Source of the DNA: Eledone cirrhosa | Lineage: Eukaryota | Length of the DNA: 64,000 bases | Reading direction: 5' to 3' | NCBI GenBank assembly: GCA_964016885.1 | Contig: OZ024740.1 | Coordinates: 407,340,001 to 407,404,000, forward strand | Shown here: piece after piece, positions 60,581 to 64,000 of the stretch | Layout of the letters: every line of letters starts with the position of its first letter | Numbering within the stretch: position 1 is the first letter of the stretch | The notes under the pieces: model-generated | What the model saw: only the letters and a program-made list of their open reading frames with translations | The model's database searches: none | Told to the model about the DNA's origin: nothing | Position numbers and translations under genes: made by a program

Positions 60581-63440
60581 AAGACACTGAATAGCAATGT
60601 GGCCCACTGACAAGACACTGAATAGCAATGTGGCCCACTGACAAGACACTACATAGCAATGTGGCCCACTGAGGAGACACTAAATAGCAATGTGGCCCAC
60701 TGACAAGACACTGCATAGCAATGTGGCCCACTGACAAGACACTGAATAGCAATGTGGCCAACAGACAACACACTACATAGCAATGTGGCCCACTGACAAG
60801 ACACTGTATAGCAATGTGGCCAACAGACAAGACACTACATAGCAATGTGGCCCACTGACAAGACACTACATAGCAATGTGGCCCACTGACAAGACACTAC
60901 ATAGCAATGTGGCCCACTGAGGAGACACTAAATAGCAATGTGGCCCACTGACAAGACACTGCATAGCAATGTGGCCCACTGCAAGACACTGAATAGCAAT
61001 GTGGCCCACTGACAAGACACTACATAGCAATGTGGCCCACTGACAAGACACTGAATAGCAATGTGGCCCACTGACAAGACACTACATAGCAATGTGGCCC
61101 ACTGACAAGACACTACATAGCAATGTGGCCCACTCACAAGACACTACATAGCAATGTGGCCCACTGACAAGATGCTGAATAGCAATGTGGACCACTGACA
61201 AGACACTACATAGCAATGTGGCCCACTGACAAGACACTACATAGCAATGTGGCCCACTGACAAGACACTACATAGCAATGTGGCCCACTGATAAGACACT
61301 GAATAGCAATGTGGCCCACTGACAAGACACTGAATAGCAATGTGGCCCACTGACAAGACTCTGCATAGCAATGTGGCCCACTGACAAGACACTGAATAGC
61401 AATGTGGCCCACTGACAAGACACTGAGTAGCAATGTGGCCTACTGACAAGACACTACATAGCAATGTGGCCTACTAACAAGACACTACATAACAAAGTGG
61501 CCCACTGACAAGACACTACATAGCAATGTGGCGCACTGACAAGGCACTGAATAGCAATGTGGGTCACTGACGAGACACTGAATAGCAATGTGGCCCACTG
61601 ACAAGACACTACATAGCAATGTGGCCCACTGACAAGACATTGAATAGCAATAGTGGCTCACTGACAAGACACTACATAGCAATGTGGCCAACTGATAAGA
61701 CACTACATAGCAATGTGGCCCACTGACAAGACACTGAATAGCAATGTGGCCCATTGACAAGACACTACATAGCAATGTGGCCTGCTGACAAGACACTGAA
61801 TAGCAATGTGGCCCACTGACAAGACACTGAATAGCAATGTGGCCCACTGACAAGACACTGAATAGCAATATGGCCCACTGAGAAGACACTGAATAGCAAT
61901 GTGGCCCACTGACAAGACACTACATAGCAATGTAGCCCACTGACAAGACACTACATAGCAATGTGGCCCACTGACAAGTCACTGAATAGCAATGTGGCCC
62001 ACTGACAAGACACTACATAGCAATGTGGCCCACTGACAAGACACTACATAGCAATGTGGCCCACTGACAAGACACTACATAGCAATGTGGCCCACTGACA
62101 AGACACTACATAACAATGTGGCCCACTGACACGACACTACATAACAATGTGGCCCACTGACAAGACACCACATAGCAATGTGTCCCACTGACAAGACACT
62201 GAATAGCAATGTGGCCCACTGATAAGACACTGCATAGCAATGTGGCCGACTGACAAGACACTACATAGCAATGTGGCCCACTGACAAGACACTACATAGC
62301 AATGTGGCCCACTGACAAGACACTACATAGCAATGTGGGTCACTGACAAGACACTGAATAGCAATGTGGCCCACTGACAAGACACTACATAGCAATGTGG
62401 GTCACTGCCAAGACACTGAATAGCAATGTGGCCCACTGACAAGACACTACATAGCAATGTGTCCCACTGACAAGACACTGAATAGCAATGTGGCCCACTG
62501 ATCAGACACTGCATAGCAATGTGGCCCACTGACAAGACCCTACATAGCAATGTGGGTCACTGACAAGACACTGAATAGCAATGTGGCCCACTGACAAGAC
62601 ACTACATAGCAATGTGGGTCACTGACAAGACACTGAATAGCAATGTGGCCCACTGATAAGACACTAAATAGCAATGTGGCCCACTGACAAGACACTGAAT
62701 AGCAATGTGGCCCACTGATATGAGACTACATAGCAATGTGGCCCACTGGCAAGACACTGATTAGCAATGTGGCCCACTGACAAGACACTGAATAGCAATG
62801 TGGCTCAGTGACAAGACACTACATAACAATGTGGCCCACTGACAAGACACTAAATAGCAATGTGGCTCACTGACAAGACACTACATAACAATGTGTCCCA
62901 CTGACAAGACACTAAATAGCAATGTGGCCCACTGACAAGACACTGAATAGCAATGTGGTTCACTGACAAGACACTACATAACAATGTGGCCCACAGACAA
63001 GACACTAAATAGCAATGTGGTCCATTGACAAGACACTGAATAGCAATGTGGCTCACTGAGAAGACATTGAATAGCAATGTGGCCCACTGACAAGACACTA
63101 CATAGCAATGTGGCCCACTGACAAGACACTACATAGCAATGTGGCCCACTGACAAGACACTGAATAGCAATGTGGCCCACTGACAAGACACTGAATAGCA
63201 ATGTGGGTCACTGACAAGACACTGAATAGCAATGTGGCCCACTGACAAGACACTGAATAGCAATGTGGCCCACTGACAAGACACTACATAGCAATGTGGC
63301 CCACTGAGGAGACACTAAATAGCAATGTGGCCCACTGACAAGACACTGCATAGCAATGTGGCCCACTGACAAGACACTGAATAGCAATGTGGCCAACAGA
63401 CAAGACACTACATAGCAATGTGGCCCACTGACAAGACACT
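59065..63440. repeat. Dispersed ~4.4-kb copy of ~40450-44850 (offset ~18.6 kb)
   Basis: ORF pairs 41990/60576, 42620/61206, 42899/61485 and 44264/62850 (offset 18586) and 40725/59342 (offset 18617). The rare marker CCACTCACAAG occurs at ~42545 and ~61131. Confidence 0.88.
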
Positions 63441-64000
63441 GAATAGCAATGTGGCCCACTGACAAGACACTACATAGCAATGTGGCCCACTGACAAGACA
63501 CTACATAGCAATGTGGCCCACTGACAAGATGTTGAATAGCAATATGACCCACTTACAAGACACTACATAGCAATATGGCCCACTGACAAGATGTTGAATA
63601 GCAATGTGGCCCACTGACAAGAGACTACATAGCAATGTGGCCCACTGACAAGATGCTGAATAGCAATGTGGCCCACTGACAAGACACTACATAGCAATGT
63701 GGCCCACTGACAAGATGCTGAATAGCAATGTGGCCCACTGACAAGACACTACATAGAAATGTGGCCCACTGATAAGACAATACATAGCAATGTGGCCCAC
63801 TGACAAGACACTGAATAGCAATGTGGCCCACTGACAAGATGCTAAATAGCAATGTGGCCCACTGACAAGACACTACATAGCAATGTGGCCCACTGACAAG
63901 ACACTACATAGCAATGTGGCCCACTGACAAGACACTGAATAGCAATGTGGCCCACTGACAAGATGCTGAATAGCAATGTGGCCCACTGCAACACACCGAA

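Larger units (their letters stand above)
1..64000. repeat. 31-bp tandem satellite/macrosatellite array (~2,060 monomers), consensus CAAGACACT[AC/GA]ATAGCAATGTGGCCCACTGA
   Basis: Monomer read directly at 1-31, 32-62, 63-93 and throughout. No non-repeat sequence or inversion was seen, and the array is truncated at both window edges. Confidence 0.99.

Noticed and set aside
180-63873. Hundreds of minus-strand ORFs encoding Cys/His-rich hydrophobic repeats (SVLSVGHIAIQCLVSGPHCY...), up to 247 aa
   Set aside because: They are translations of the 31-bp repeat. All three frames give the same cyclic 31-aa peptide, many starts are non-ATG, ORFs overlap in every frame, and stops and frameshifting indels are scattered freely. 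The Cys/His spacing does not match C2H2 zinc fingers.
1-64000. CRISPR array (repeat length in CRISPR range, with a short internal palindrome)
   Set aside because: Repeats abut directly with no unique spacers, and there is no leader or cas gene.
1-64000. Telomeric repeat or G-quadruplex array
   Set aside because: No TTAGGG-like short unit, and only one GGG run per 31 bp on the minus strand. A long-unit telomere-associated role cannot be judged without chromosomal context.
1-64000. Assignment to a named satellite (alpha satellite, mouse major/minor, great-ape 32-bp subterminal satellite, mo-2)
   Set aside because: Unit length or sequence does not fit the first three as I know them. For mo-2 only the 31-bp length agrees and I cannot verify the sequence without a search.
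1-64000. Synthetic concatemer or rolling-circle sequencing artefact
   Set aside because: Variants are inherited in nested, hierarchical blocks with differing divergence levels, which fits evolutionary amplification rather than random error on one template.

Overview
The whole 64-kb window is one uninterrupted head-to-tail tandem array of about 2,060 copies of a 31-bp monomer, consensus CAAGACACT[AC/GA]ATAGCAATGTGGCCCACTGA (15/31 GC, no CpG, A-rich on + strand), all in one orientation. It runs off both window ends. I find no genes, RNA genes, transposons or CRISPR spacers; every ORF in the track is a minus-strand read-through of the repeat. It looks like eukaryotic satellite/macrosatellite DNA, and I cannot name the family or organism. 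The information lies in the variant pattern: a two-state AC/GA switch in each monomer, an internal ~10-bp sub-periodicity, nested higher-order duplications (93, 124, 586, 992, 1085, 2759, 3560 x3, 6232 x2, ~8.4 kb and ~18.6 kb offsets), a change in variant repertoire near 15.5 kb, and one small divergent island near 59.0 kb. Block boundaries were estimated by eye from diagnostic variants and ORF-track offsets and are approximate.
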